Assembly (NCBI GenBank): GCA_036703665.1 | Contig: DATNRD010000099.1 | Coordinates: 1 to 33,009, forward strand | Source: Candidatus Obscuribacterales bacterium | GTDB lineage: Bacteria > Cyanobacteriota > Vampirovibrionia > Obscuribacterales > Obscuribacteraceae | Reading direction: 5' to 3' | Length of the DNA: 33,009 bases | Shown: positions 8,962-17,987 of the stretch, piece after piece | Layout of the letters: each line of letters starts with the position of its first letter | Numbering within the stretch: position 1 is the stretch's first letter | The notes under the pieces: model-generated | What the model was told of the DNA's origin: nothing | Database searches by the model: none | Seen by the model: only the letters and a program-made list of their open reading frames with translations | Program-made: the position numbers and the translations under genes

Positions 8962-10107
8962 TCAGGGCTTACGCTGACCGGAAGGCGGCTTTGTCTGAGC
9001 TTGATCAGGCTTCCCTTGCGCTTGCTGCTCGAGCACGCGGGCAAAATCCCGGTTTTTCATCAAGCTGCGTACCTCCGGGCTGTCCGGTCCCAGTGACTTG
9101 GTCAACACCTGAGCCGCCCGGTCATACAGCGAAGCCGCCTCCCCGAACTTTCCCTGACGGGCGCACAAGGCAGCCAGATTGTTCAGGCAAATGCCGGTCT
9201 CATGATGATCGGGGCCCAGCGCCCTCTCGTAAATCCCGAGCGCCCTCCGGCGAATCGGCTCGGCATCGGCGAGCCTGTCTTGCTCGTAGTAGACGGAGGC
9301 AAGATTATCCAACGATGTAGCCAGGTGCTTTTCGGCACCAGGGAGCTTCTCTTCAATGGAAATGGCTCGCTTGAGCAACTCCTCGGCCTTGTCGTACTTC
9401 CGCTGCCGGTGGTAGACACCGGAGAGATTCGCCAGGTTCATGGCGAAGTCCACGCTATTTGGTCCCAACGTCTTTTCCAGAATGGCCAGCGACTGGTTGT
9501 GGAGCTTCTCGCCCTCCGCAAGATTTCCCTGCGCGTCATAAACCTGCGCAAGATTGTCCAGCAGTATGCCCACCATAGTACTTTCGGGTCCATCGCTCTT
9601 TTCATAGACGGGAAGCACCTTCTTGTACAGGTCTTCAGCCTCCTGCAAGCGCGAGGTCCTCAGGTATACACCGCCCAGCAACAACCGGCTGTCAGCCAGA
9701 CGCCGGTCGTTCTCCCCAAATGGCTCCGCCAGCTCAACCGCGCGCTTGAGAAGCCGCTCCGCTTCCGGGTACCTCCCCGCCAGCTTGGCAGCGGCACCAG
9801 CGTCAAAAGCCTCTTGCCAGCCAGACGTCTCAGCCAATTTTCCAGAAGCGGTGGTGCCGCTTGAGCCTGGGGGCGCAGGTATCCTGCCTGCTCCGGACGG
9901 CTCGGCAGTCTTTCCAGTAGCGGTGGCGCCCCGCTGGGCAGCCGACGTGGATGGCTTCTGCGGCCGCTGCCCGGTTCGCGGCAGTGCCGAGGACCGGTCG
10001 GCCGCAGAGGAGGGGGTTGGCAACTCGAAAAACAGCGTCGACGCCAGCAGCAAGGCAAAAATCAGGCTGGATGCAAATTGCAACATGTGTAAAACCTCTT
10101 GCTTCAT
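8962..10107 (-). CDS. Secreted tetratricopeptide-repeat protein (kinesin-light-chain-type TPR_12-like units)
   Basis: Signal-like N-terminus MLQFASSLIFALLLASTLFFELPTPSSA, then a P/S/G/A-rich linker. About five ~42-residue units follow, of the form LDNLAxVYxxQGxxxEAExLxxxALxIxEKxLGPxxxx. ATG 10086 is an alternative start with AAGAGG upstream. Confidence 0.85.
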   Translation of the reverse strand: MKQEVLHMLQFASSLIFALLLASTLFFELPTPSSAADRSSALPRTGQRPQKPSTSAAQRGATATGKTAEPSGAGRIPAPPGSSGTTASGKLAETSGWQEAFDAGAAAKLAGRYPEAERLLKRAVELAEPFGENDRRLADSRLLLGGVYLRTSRLQEAEDLYKKVLPVYEKSDGPESTMVGILLDNLAQVYDAQGNLAEGEKLHNQSLAILEKTLGPNSVDFAMNLANLSGVYHRQRKYDKAEELLKRAISIEEKLPGAEKHLATSLDNLASVYYEQDRLADAEPIRRRALGIYERALGPDHHETGICLNNLAALCARQGKFGEAASLYDRAAQVLTKSLGPDSPEVRSLMKNRDFARVLEQQAQGKPDQAQTKPPSGQRKP

Positions 10108-10270
10108 GGATTCGCTTCACCGGTCACCGGGTGCAGTCCGGCCCGTCCGCTCACCAGCATATGCCCGGTAGGCGTCAATGTTAATGCCAGAGAAAAGATA
10201 TATGTCGCCTTATCTATTTCGACCAGGCGCTACCACGCACTGGCCGTGGCACCACAGGTGGAACCAGAGG

Positions 10271-12820
10271 CTACCGGAACAGGTACTGGCTGCCCATGCC
10301 GACAAGGGCCTTGGTCAAGAGGGAGTGTTGTCCGGCAAGCGGCTCGACCCAGATGGGCGCAGTCCACATGTAGTCGGTGAAAGCGCCGTCGGGAGCTATG
10401 CGCTGAACCTCTACCCAGTAGGCGGATTTGTTGCCGATGATGGTGTCTATCTGATCGAATTTGACCTTGCCGCCCAGCGCGCTCAACTCCGCCCCAGTGA
10501 TTTCCTGCGTCTGCAGCGGAGCAGCCAGTTTGCGGTCGCCAATCTTCTTGTCGCCCCAGAGCGTCAGCTTGTACTGGGCTCCGGGAGCCAGGTCGCCGCC
10601 TATGTGTGCCGTTATGTTTAGGTCCTGAACGGCATTTTGATCCAGGATCGTCCCCATGACGTACCTGTCGTTGGCAGTTGTGTAGCCTTTCAGCAGTGCG
10701 CGATCGGTCGTCGCCATGGTGCGGCGCTGGCGCATGGCTTCCAACAGTGATGCTTTGTCGAGCCGGTCGGCGATGATGCCTGTGCCGGCCGGGCGCCCGC
10801 CCGGCATGGCAAAGTGGTCGTCCCGACCATATGTGGGGCTCACGTGCAGCCCCTTGTCCACGTAACCAGCCAGGTTCACGCCGCCCAGGTCTCTCTCAGT
10901 CATGTGTTCCACAGGCTTGGGGTTCATCGCCTGCCCGGTGATCACCTCGATCTGGCTGGCGTACTTGCCGAACTTCTCCGCCCACTCGGCCTGGCTTCCG
11001 AAGGACTTGACTCCATAGTCCCGTCCTCGATACTTGGCCGGCAGGTGAGGATCATGATCGGCCAGATAGCGTGGGTGATTGAGCTGTATGACAGGCCGCC
11101 CGCCCGTGGAGTCCTTGAGCTGGTCGAGGTGCCGAACCAACGCCGCATAGTCGCCGTCATTGTATTTGACCACGGGAGGTTCTTTGACTACGTAGGGTTC
11201 CGGCAGCCCCATGATTCGTCTTATCGGTGCCATGAGCCTGGCGGCGAATGAGTCTGCACGGGGCTGCTTAACGGATTCGAAGAAGGTGGGCACCTCGAAG
11301 AGGTTGATGTGATTGACGCCGCTGTAGTGACTGGCCTCGCGGGCGGCGAGATCGGCAATGGCTTTTTCTCTGGGGGTCAGCTTCGCCCCCTTGGGCACCG
11401 GGGTTCCATCCACGAGGAAATCAGGAATGACACCGTCGTCCGGATGAGCATGGTTGGCCGCAGGCAAGGATTCTGGGGAACTGGGGCGGGGCGCCGTTGG
11501 TGCGGTTCCGCCCATTCCTGCCTCCGGTGTGCTCGTGCTGGGGAGTCCGGGCTGCAATTCCGTCATTCGATCCGCTTGAACCTTGGGCACCTCTTTGCCG
11601 ACACCGGCCGCGATGCCGCCGGCTGTCTCGAGCGGCTGTGACACGCCGCCTCCCGGCGGACTGCCCGGTCGTTCCACCGGGACGCCCGGCAGCCCCGAGC
11701 CATGCCCGTGCGGGTGGGCAGTACCGCCTTCCAGAATGGGCTTGTGGTCGACCACCGGACGCTCAACAACCGCCCTGGAACCACCACCGGGCGCGTGCCC
11801 GCCGCCGACCTTACCGATTGTGCCCATTTCCACACCGACGAGCGCCACAAATGTGCCTTCCTGTGTGGCGGCGGCGGCATCGGCAAAGGTTTGCGAGTAT
11901 GCGATCGGCTTTTCAGCGACGGTGGGCGTGCCGGTCTGGTCTGCCCAGCGCGGGTCGCCTTCCTTGATGCCGCCCCGCGCCGCCAGGTGGTTGTGATCGG
12001 TGACCGCGTAAAAGTCCAGCCCCTCCGCCCTGGCTTTCTGGAATATCTCCCTGGGCAAGCCCATCCCGTCCGAGTAGCGCGAGTGCCCATGCAGGCTGCC
12101 CATTCGCAGCCTGTAGTCTTGCGCAGGGGCGTCGAACTGTGCGATCCGCTGCCGCAACAGTGAATCGCGCCCGGCAAACCATGGTTGACGGGGGATGGTG
12201 GTGTTGCCTGTTCCAGCAACATCCGCTGCCAGCGCCGCTTCGCCCGCGGCGCCGGTTACTGCCGTTGACGAGGTTGACCTGCCTGCCACGACCTTCGGGA
12301 GTCTTGTCAGACCCACGAGTGCCTTGTTTTCACCATGGAGGATGGCGCGCTGACCCTTTTGCAGGCTCGCCCCGATGGAAGTCTCGCTGGCGGCCAGCCT
12401 GACGCCGGCCGATGCACCAGCATAGCCGCCCAGGACGGACAGACCAACCTCTGCCCCGGTATTCACCAGGTCTCTGGCCAGCGCGTGCCCGAGCGCCTCA
12501 TGGTCAGCGCCGGGTCGCTGTCCTGCTTCGTAGAATTTCCGTATTTTAGATGCGGTATCGAGCACCAGCGGAAACGTAAAGGCTATGCCCACGGCAGCAG
12601 CCACCGGCCCACGGGCGGGGATGAGCGCTCCCAAGACCAGGCCGGTTCCTGCCGCGACGCCGACCGTCTTTACTGCGTGCCTGGCCGTCTGCCAGGGGTG
12701 CGCCCAGGCTTCCCTGGCCAGCTCAAGCGTCGCGGCCGGAGCCTCGATGAGCGACTCGCCCAGCACTTCCCAGCCGCCAAGATGGTTTTGTCTGTCTGCT
12801 TCCAGTGCCTGGCCGACCAT
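10271..12820 (-). CDS. Membrane-associated PHP-family (CehA/McbA-like) metal-dependent phosphoesterase with low-complexity insertion
   Basis: PHP motifs occur in order: SLHGHSRYSDG, AVTDHNH, GVEMG, GVNHINLF, IQLNHP, YGRDDHF. The C-terminal end reads TAPIWVEP. N-terminal hydrophobic hairpin is VGVAAGTGLVLGALIPARGPVAAAVGIAFTFPLVL. I prefer ATG 12820 because AGAGGAG lies 5 nt upstream; the listed ORF begins at GTG 12907. Confidence 0.8.
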   Translation of the reverse strand: MVGQALEADRQNHLGGWEVLGESLIEAPAATLELAREAWAHPWQTARHAVKTVGVAAGTGLVLGALIPARGPVAAAVGIAFTFPLVLDTASKIRKFYEAGQRPGADHEALGHALARDLVNTGAEVGLSVLGGYAGASAGVRLAASETSIGASLQKGQRAILHGENKALVGLTRLPKVVAGRSTSSTAVTGAAGEAALAADVAGTGNTTIPRQPWFAGRDSLLRQRIAQFDAPAQDYRLRMGSLHGHSRYSDGMGLPREIFQKARAEGLDFYAVTDHNHLAARGGIKEGDPRWADQTGTPTVAEKPIAYSQTFADAAAATQEGTFVALVGVEMGTIGKVGGGHAPGGGSRAVVERPVVDHKPILEGGTAHPHGHGSGLPGVPVERPGSPPGGGVSQPLETAGGIAAGVGKEVPKVQADRMTELQPGLPSTSTPEAGMGGTAPTAPRPSSPESLPAANHAHPDDGVIPDFLVDGTPVPKGAKLTPREKAIADLAAREASHYSGVNHINLFEVPTFFESVKQPRADSFAARLMAPIRRIMGLPEPYVVKEPPVVKYNDGDYAALVRHLDQLKDSTGGRPVIQLNHPRYLADHDPHLPAKYRGRDYGVKSFGSQAEWAEKFGKYASQIEVITGQAMNPKPVEHMTERDLGGVNLAGYVDKGLHVSPTYGRDDHFAMPGGRPAGTGIIADRLDKASLLEAMRQRRTMATTDRALLKGYTTANDRYVMGTILDQNAVQDLNITAHIGGDLAPGAQYKLTLWGDKKIGDRKLAAPLQTQEITGAELSALGGKVKFDQIDTIIGNKSAYWVEVQRIAPDGAFTDYMWTAPIWVEPLAGQHSLLTKALVGMGSQYLFR

Positions 12821-13070
12821 CCTGGCTCCTCTTGGTGGCGTGAAAACATTCTTGGGCAAAACAAGCAATCGATGAATCGTGGAGTTACGCACTTGTGGGA
12901 GAAACACGTAGCCTCACAAGAGCAGTCGAGCTACCACAGACCTCCCGCATGAGGCCTGGATTCTGCAGGCCGTTGCATATGAGTGGCCAATCTGTCGCTC
13001 CGTCTTGACTACTGCCCTCATTTCCTGTAATCACTCATGAAGGGGGGCAGCGAACCACGCTGCGGGGTAG

Positions 13071-13613
13071 GTGCATTCAGAGAGCGAAATTACTGTCCTT
13101 GTTGTGGACGACGATTCACTGCTGCGCATTGGGCTGGTTACCTTGCTCGAAAATGAGGCCGGCTGGAATGTCGTCGGCCAGGCCTGTGACGGCGAAGCCG
13201 CCTGCCAGCTCGCCCTGCGCCTCAAGCCACGTGTCGTCGTGATGGACCTGCACATGCCGGGAATGAACGGGATTGCTGCCACAAGGCGCATAAAGAATGC
13301 GCTGCCCAATACGAAAGTTGTGATTGTCTCGGCATCGGACGATATCGAAGACATTGCCGAGGCCATCTCGGCAGGCATGGATGGTTACTGCTTGAAGAGC
13401 ACCAACGGGCGTGGCCTCCTGCGGGCGATAAGGACGGTCGTCTCCGGCAGCGCCTGGGTCGATCCGGAGCTGGCGGAAAAAGTGCTGCATGCCGAGAGCC
13501 TCCTGCATGCCAGAACAGCGGGGGAAGACACGACAGGCGGCATCAACCTGATCATCGAGGACGATAGCACCGCGCTTCCCTCGTGCTCAGAGGCGGAAGA
13601 CACGCGGGAATAG
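13071..13613 (+). CDS. Single-domain response regulator: NarL/FixJ-class receiver with no HTH output domain
   Basis: ITVLVVDDDSLLRIG carries the acidic pair. VVVMDLHMPGMNG carries the phospho-acceptor Asp59 (codon 13245-13247). KVVIVSASDD and GYCLKS follow. After the receiver only a ~45-aa acidic tail remains. GTG start follows directly after an in-frame TAG. Confidence 0.85.
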   Translation: MHSESEITVLVVDDDSLLRIGLVTLLENEAGWNVVGQACDGEAACQLALRLKPRVVVMDLHMPGMNGIAATRRIKNALPNTKVVIVSASDDIEDIAEAISAGMDGYCLKSTNGRGLLRAIRTVVSGSAWVDPELAEKVLHAESLLHARTAGEDTTGGINLIIEDDSTALPSCSEAEDTRE

Positions 13614-13667
13614 ACCTTCCTGACCATGTACGGACCAGGCGGGAGTACGTGATTGACGGGCCCTTTA

Positions 13668-14438
13668 CTATTCCCGGCGCAGTTCGATCAGACGGTAAGG
13701 CTTTCCGTCCAACCACACGGGTGTCGAGCCAACCGTGTCAACGGCGGAACTTTCAGAGCCCGCGCTGTTGTTGAGCGCGTTGAGTATGAGCGGAATCAGC
13801 ACGCTTGCCGCCAGAATCGACACGATCACCGCACAGATGGACTCTCGCCATGGAAACCGCCACTTCCTTCGGTTAGCCGAACGTTGAGGCAACTGCCCCG
13901 GGTTCAACGCCAACCCTTGATCCACCGCGGCAGCCGCGGGTGTTTCAAGCGCGCTGCTCGCGCGCTCAGGTAAGCCCTGCATCCCCGGGTCGAGCCATAT
14001 GGCTCCCTGCGATACCCCTGCAATTGCCTTGAGGATGATCCCGGGGCGAGAACTCTTCAAGCAGCAACCGCGCGCACCGGCACCGAGGACGGCAAGCACG
14101 ACGGTCCAGTCGGGATTGTCGAAGAGCACGACGACGTCGCACTCGGCACGCTGCGCCTTGATCTGCTCGATAAGCTCCAGAAGGGGCATGCCGGGCAGAC
14201 TGTCAGCAAGGACAACAATCCGCGCCCTGGCAGCGGTCACTTGCCCGATGGTTGCGGACGCGTCTCGTGCGTGCCCGACGACCTTTATCTTCGAGGAACG
14301 CGCAAAGAACTGCGCCAGGGCATCGCCGGCGGGCACATCCTCCAGCGCCAGCAATACGGTAATATCCCGGCCGGTCCTTGTCCGGTCGGAAGCCTCCAGT
14401 AGACCTTCGGCTCGCATCGGTATGTCGCGCCCTACCAC
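13668..14438 (-). CDS. Membrane-tethered degenerate receiver (pseudo-receiver) domain protein
   Basis: Clear paralogue of the neighbouring receiver: GCCLKSSRPGIILKAIAGVSQGAIWLDPGM versus GYCLKSTNGRGLLRAIRTVVSGSAWVDPEL. The acidic pair reads L-E, the acceptor position is Ala78 (IVVLADSLPGM) and the conserved Ser/Thr is Phe. C-terminal basic patch RRKWRFPWRE precedes a TM helix ICAVIVSILAASVLIPLILNAL and a ~45-aa tail. Confidence 0.75.
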   Translation of the reverse strand: MVGRDIPMRAEGLLEASDRTRTGRDITVLLALEDVPAGDALAQFFARSSKIKVVGHARDASATIGQVTAARARIVVLADSLPGMPLLELIEQIKAQRAECDVVVLFDNPDWTVVLAVLGAGARGCCLKSSRPGIILKAIAGVSQGAIWLDPGMQGLPERASSALETPAAAAVDQGLALNPGQLPQRSANRRKWRFPWRESICAVIVSILAASVLIPLILNALNNSAGSESSAVDTVGSTPVWLDGKPYRLIELRRE

Positions 14439-14583
14439 GTGCCCCCGCCAGCTGTCGCCCGTCCCTTGGCCACTTCCACAATTACCATGACTATTAGTAG
14501 CCAGGAATCCCGAAAACGGGTGGACCCAACATCGCCCGATGGGGGATGGCGGGGTAGCTGCTATGGGAAATACCCTCGTTCGA

Positions 14584-16305
14584 TCAGTTTACGGAGGTCG
14601 GCGGTCGTTTCCCGATTTCTGTTGCTGGAAACACCTTGCCCCCGGATACCGTACCCCAGACCTTGATGTCACGTATTTTCTCGGGCCGGACCTCGACCGG
14701 GTCTTCCTCCAGTACGACAAAGTCAGCAAATTTCCCAGCCGCGATGCTGCCAATCTTGTTTTCCACACCAAGCGTGTAAGCAGCGTTGATGGTCACCATT
14801 TTCAACGCTTCGTTGACAGAGACTCGTTCGGCCGGTCCCCTGACCGCCCCGGAAAGACCGAAACGGTTGACGGCAATCCATACCTCCTCGAGCGGACAGG
14901 GGGGAGCCACGGGCGTATCGGTATGCAGCGACACGACCACACCAAGATCCGTAAGCGTCTTCAAGCGCGCCGCCGTATAGGCCCGGTCGGCTCCGATGTA
15001 CGGGGCGGTCAGCTCCGAACGGTGATACAGGTAATAGGGATTGATGCTCACCACACCCCCGAGGGCTTTGATTCGACGCGCTTGCTCGGGCGTCGAAATG
15101 CCGAAGTGCTCGAAAGTGAACCGGTGGTCGGCTCTTGGAAAGACTTTCATCAGGTCGTCGAGAGCGTTCACCGTGGCTTCATTGCCGGCGTTGCCATTGG
15201 TGTGCACGTGAATATGGAAGCCGGCCTGCCACCACGGAAGCCACTGCCCAACCATCTCCTCCGGCCGCGTAATGAACAGTCCTTTTCGCCCGTCAATGTA
15301 TCCCGGGTTTTCTATGGCCATGCCCAGGCTCAAGAACGCGTCGTCAGCAAAAAACTTGACGCCCCTGAACACCATCCTGTCCCTGCTCTGTTCCTGCAGA
15401 GATTTGACGAAATCGATCGCTGCCTGACCCTTTCTCTCGACGGCGTTCGCCCCGTCGGTTACGACAACAAGCCTGAGCGGACTGTTGTCGTTATCGAAGT
15501 GCTCGGAAAGCGCCGCAAGCTCCAGATCACAGTCGATAAGGCCCATGGCCATCTCGGAAGTCGTGGTTATGCCGTGCTTCCTGCTCAGGTCCATCAAGTA
15601 CCGAATGCTGTAATGCAACACGCTCGGTTGCATGAGCTCCACAAGCGGCTTGCGCATCATCAGCTCGGCAGCAAGCGTTCCGAGGAACTGCCCGGTCGGC
15701 TGACCATCCGCGTCGGTCAGCACCCCGGTCACGTTGAGATCGTCCTTGGTCAACGGGTACTTGCTCAAAGCAGCACTGTTAGCGTAGACGAAATGCTCGG
15801 AGGCCTCCCAAACCAGAATCGGCTGCGTTGCTGAAACATCGTCGAGAACGTGCCTGTCCAAGTGCTGCCCGCCCATCGCCGTCAGATCATAACCCCAGGC
15901 AATCAGCGGGGAGTCGGGCTTCGACTGTGCGGCATACTCGCGCAGTTTGGAAATAGCTTGCTCCCTGTTTGTCACACCAGGAAAGTCAGGGCCGTACGGG
16001 TTGGGAGACGGGTGGAAGGTAAGCAGCGGGCGCGTCAGGGCTGTGCCGCCAACGATCGGGTGCCCGTGCGGCTCGATGAAGCCTGGTAGGACGACTTTGT
16101 CGGCAAATGTGGTATCAACCGTATGCGCTGCCCGATTCAGCCACGGCTCAATGTCCTCGACGCTGCCTACCGATAGAATCTTGCCGCCCCTCACGGCTAC
16201 AGCAGACGCATCCGGTAAGCCTGGGTCCATAGTGATGATCTTCTTGCATTTGAAGACTGTTATCAGGTCATCAGCTCGTTCAATCTCTCTTGACATAGAC
16301 ACCAT
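14584..16305 (-). CDS. Amidohydrolase-3 (YtcJ-like) metal-dependent hydrolase
   Basis: VVLPGFIEPHGHP carries the H-x-H metal site. VKFFADD, HIHVHTNGNAG, FEHF and VSLHTDTP are spaced as in the TIM-barrel amidohydrolase superfamily. Confidence 0.85.
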   Translation of the reverse strand: MVSMSREIERADDLITVFKCKKIITMDPGLPDASAVAVRGGKILSVGSVEDIEPWLNRAAHTVDTTFADKVVLPGFIEPHGHPIVGGTALTRPLLTFHPSPNPYGPDFPGVTNREQAISKLREYAAQSKPDSPLIAWGYDLTAMGGQHLDRHVLDDVSATQPILVWEASEHFVYANSAALSKYPLTKDDLNVTGVLTDADGQPTGQFLGTLAAELMMRKPLVELMQPSVLHYSIRYLMDLSRKHGITTTSEMAMGLIDCDLELAALSEHFDNDNSPLRLVVVTDGANAVERKGQAAIDFVKSLQEQSRDRMVFRGVKFFADDAFLSLGMAIENPGYIDGRKGLFITRPEEMVGQWLPWWQAGFHIHVHTNGNAGNEATVNALDDLMKVFPRADHRFTFEHFGISTPEQARRIKALGGVVSINPYYLYHRSELTAPYIGADRAYTAARLKTLTDLGVVVSLHTDTPVAPPCPLEEVWIAVNRFGLSGAVRGPAERVSVNEALKMVTINAAYTLGVENKIGSIAAGKFADFVVLEEDPVEVRPEKIRDIKVWGTVSGGKVFPATEIGKRPPTSVN

Positions 16306-16411
16306 TACCGCAATGTGATCCCCTGATCGAGCTTCCTGGGAGCTTAGCAGATAACCTGTCGCTCCGTATGAAATCCGCGGCGAGGGTGAGCCCGTCCGGC
16401 TTGCGAGCGCG

Positions 16412-17947
16412 TCACAGAAAAATCTGCCTTCGCCCGTAGAGCTCCGTCAGCCTTTTGAGCCTGTCTCGGGCGGCAGGCGTGATGTCTTCCGCGGCGAATC
16501 GCCAGCGCCAGTTTCCCTCCTGCGTGGCGGGCGTGTTCATGCGAGCGCTGGAGTCGAGCCCCAGCACATCCTGCAGAGGAATAATGGCCGTTGCGGACAC
16601 CGAGGCGAGTACGGCTCTGATGAAATCCCAGTGGATCTCCTTGCCGGTGGTGTTGAGGTACTCCAAACAAAAGGCACGCTCACGTTCGATCTGTTCAGCA
16701 CTGCGTGTAGAGCCCTTTCCGGCCTGGCTGTGGAACCAGCCGACGGCGGTGTCATTGTCGTGGGTGCCGGTGTAGACCACCGTGTTAGCCACGTAGTTGT
16801 GCGGCAGATCGATGTTTTCCTCATCGCGAAAAGCAAACTGCAGAATGCGCATGCCTGGGAAACCGAAGCGCTCGCGAAGCGCAATCACATCCGGCGTTAT
16901 GACGCCGAGATCCTCTGCTATGACGGGAAGCTCATCAAACTCCTGCTTCACCGCATTTAGAATCTGCATTCCCGGTACTTTGACCCAACGTCCTTTCACC
17001 GCCGTGGGCTCGCGCGCCGGAATCTCCCAGCATGCCGCGAAGCCGCGGAAGTGATCGACCCGCACAACGTCCGTGAGCTCGAACACAGAGCGAAACCGCT
17101 CCACCCACCAGCGGTACCCGTCTTTCCGCAAGCGGCTCCAGTTGTAAATCGGGTTTCCCCAGCGCTGACCGGTGGCGCTGAAGTAGTCCGGCGGCACTCC
17201 CGCCACCACCTTGAGGGTACCGTCACGATTGAGCTTGAACAGGCGCGGGTGAGCCCAGACATCAGCCGAGTCGTAGGCGACAAAAATGGGAATGTCGCCG
17301 ATAATCCGGATGCCGCACCTGTGACAGTGCTCCCTCAACTCGAGCCACTGCTTGAAGAACAGGTACTGGCAAAACTTGACGGCTTCAATTTCGTGCTCGA
17401 GCTCCTTTCCAGCCGAGGAAAGCGCCTCCGGCTCCCTGAGTGCGAGCGCCCGCGGCCACTCGGACCAGGGACGGCCGCCCTGAGCATCCTTCAGCGCCTG
17501 GTACAGCGCATAGTCCTCCAGCCACCGCGCATGCTTCCGGATAAATGCAGAGAAATCATCCCTGGCCTTGCCGCCTGCAGCGGACCGGAACCTGTCGAAG
17601 GCCTTGCGCAGCATGTCGCCCTTGAAGGCGATGACGGCAGGGAAATCGACCGTCCGAACGGGGAATTGCGGGGCATGCGTGAGTTCTCTACTGTCGAGCA
17701 GTCCTTCGGTTGCCAGCCCATCCAGACTAATCAATAACGGATTACCGGCAAAAGCCGACAGGCACTGGTAGGGTGAGTCCCCGAAGCCAGTCGGACCGAG
17801 CGGCAACACCTGCCAGAAACTCTGGGCGCCAGCTGCCAGAAAATCCGCAAACCGGTAGGCCGGCTGACCGAGGTCGCCGATGCCAAACCGTCCTGGAAGG
17901 GATGTTGGATGCAGGAGTATGCCGCTTGCTCTCTTGGAATCACTCAA
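16412..17947 (-). CDS. malQ: 4-alpha-glucanotransferase (amylomaltase)
   Basis: RASGILLHPTSLPGRFGIGDLG...FWQVLPLGPTGFGDSPYQ plus the GH77 core. The only possible start is TTG 17947, preceded by AGGTGGG. Confidence 0.92.
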   Translation of the reverse strand: MSDSKRASGILLHPTSLPGRFGIGDLGQPAYRFADFLAAGAQSFWQVLPLGPTGFGDSPYQCLSAFAGNPLLISLDGLATEGLLDSRELTHAPQFPVRTVDFPAVIAFKGDMLRKAFDRFRSAAGGKARDDFSAFIRKHARWLEDYALYQALKDAQGGRPWSEWPRALALREPEALSSAGKELEHEIEAVKFCQYLFFKQWLELREHCHRCGIRIIGDIPIFVAYDSADVWAHPRLFKLNRDGTLKVVAGVPPDYFSATGQRWGNPIYNWSRLRKDGYRWWVERFRSVFELTDVVRVDHFRGFAACWEIPAREPTAVKGRWVKVPGMQILNAVKQEFDELPVIAEDLGVITPDVIALRERFGFPGMRILQFAFRDEENIDLPHNYVANTVVYTGTHDNDTAVGWFHSQAGKGSTRSAEQIERERAFCLEYLNTTGKEIHWDFIRAVLASVSATAIIPLQDVLGLDSSARMNTPATQEGNWRWRFAAEDITPAARDRLKRLTELYGRRQIFL

Positions 17948-17987
17948 CTCTCAGCCCACCTGTTCGAGCGACATTTGCCCGAAGCTT

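Noticed and set aside
8774-8962. 62-aa minus-strand ORF whose ATG overlaps the TPR gene stop as TGATG, which looks like translational coupling
   Set aside because: It has no recognisable family. Third-position GC is only moderate. It contains the perfect 9-bp hairpin at 8844-8865, which fits a terminator better than coding sequence. Kept as a possibility only.
9202-9864. 220-aa plus-strand ORF; similar cases are 17051..17737, 1080..1736 and 10814..11251
   Set aside because: All lie antisense to, or out of frame with, confidently assigned genes (TPR, malQ, oxidoreductase/GT2, PHP). They are low-complexity and have no motifs.
14539-15834. 431-aa ORF on the plus strand, the longest unexplained ORF in the track
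   Set aside because: It lies entirely antisense to the well-supported amidohydrolase gene. Its composition is Arg/Gly/His/Pro-rich with no recognisable motif. Long stop-free antisense frames are expected in GC-rich coding DNA.
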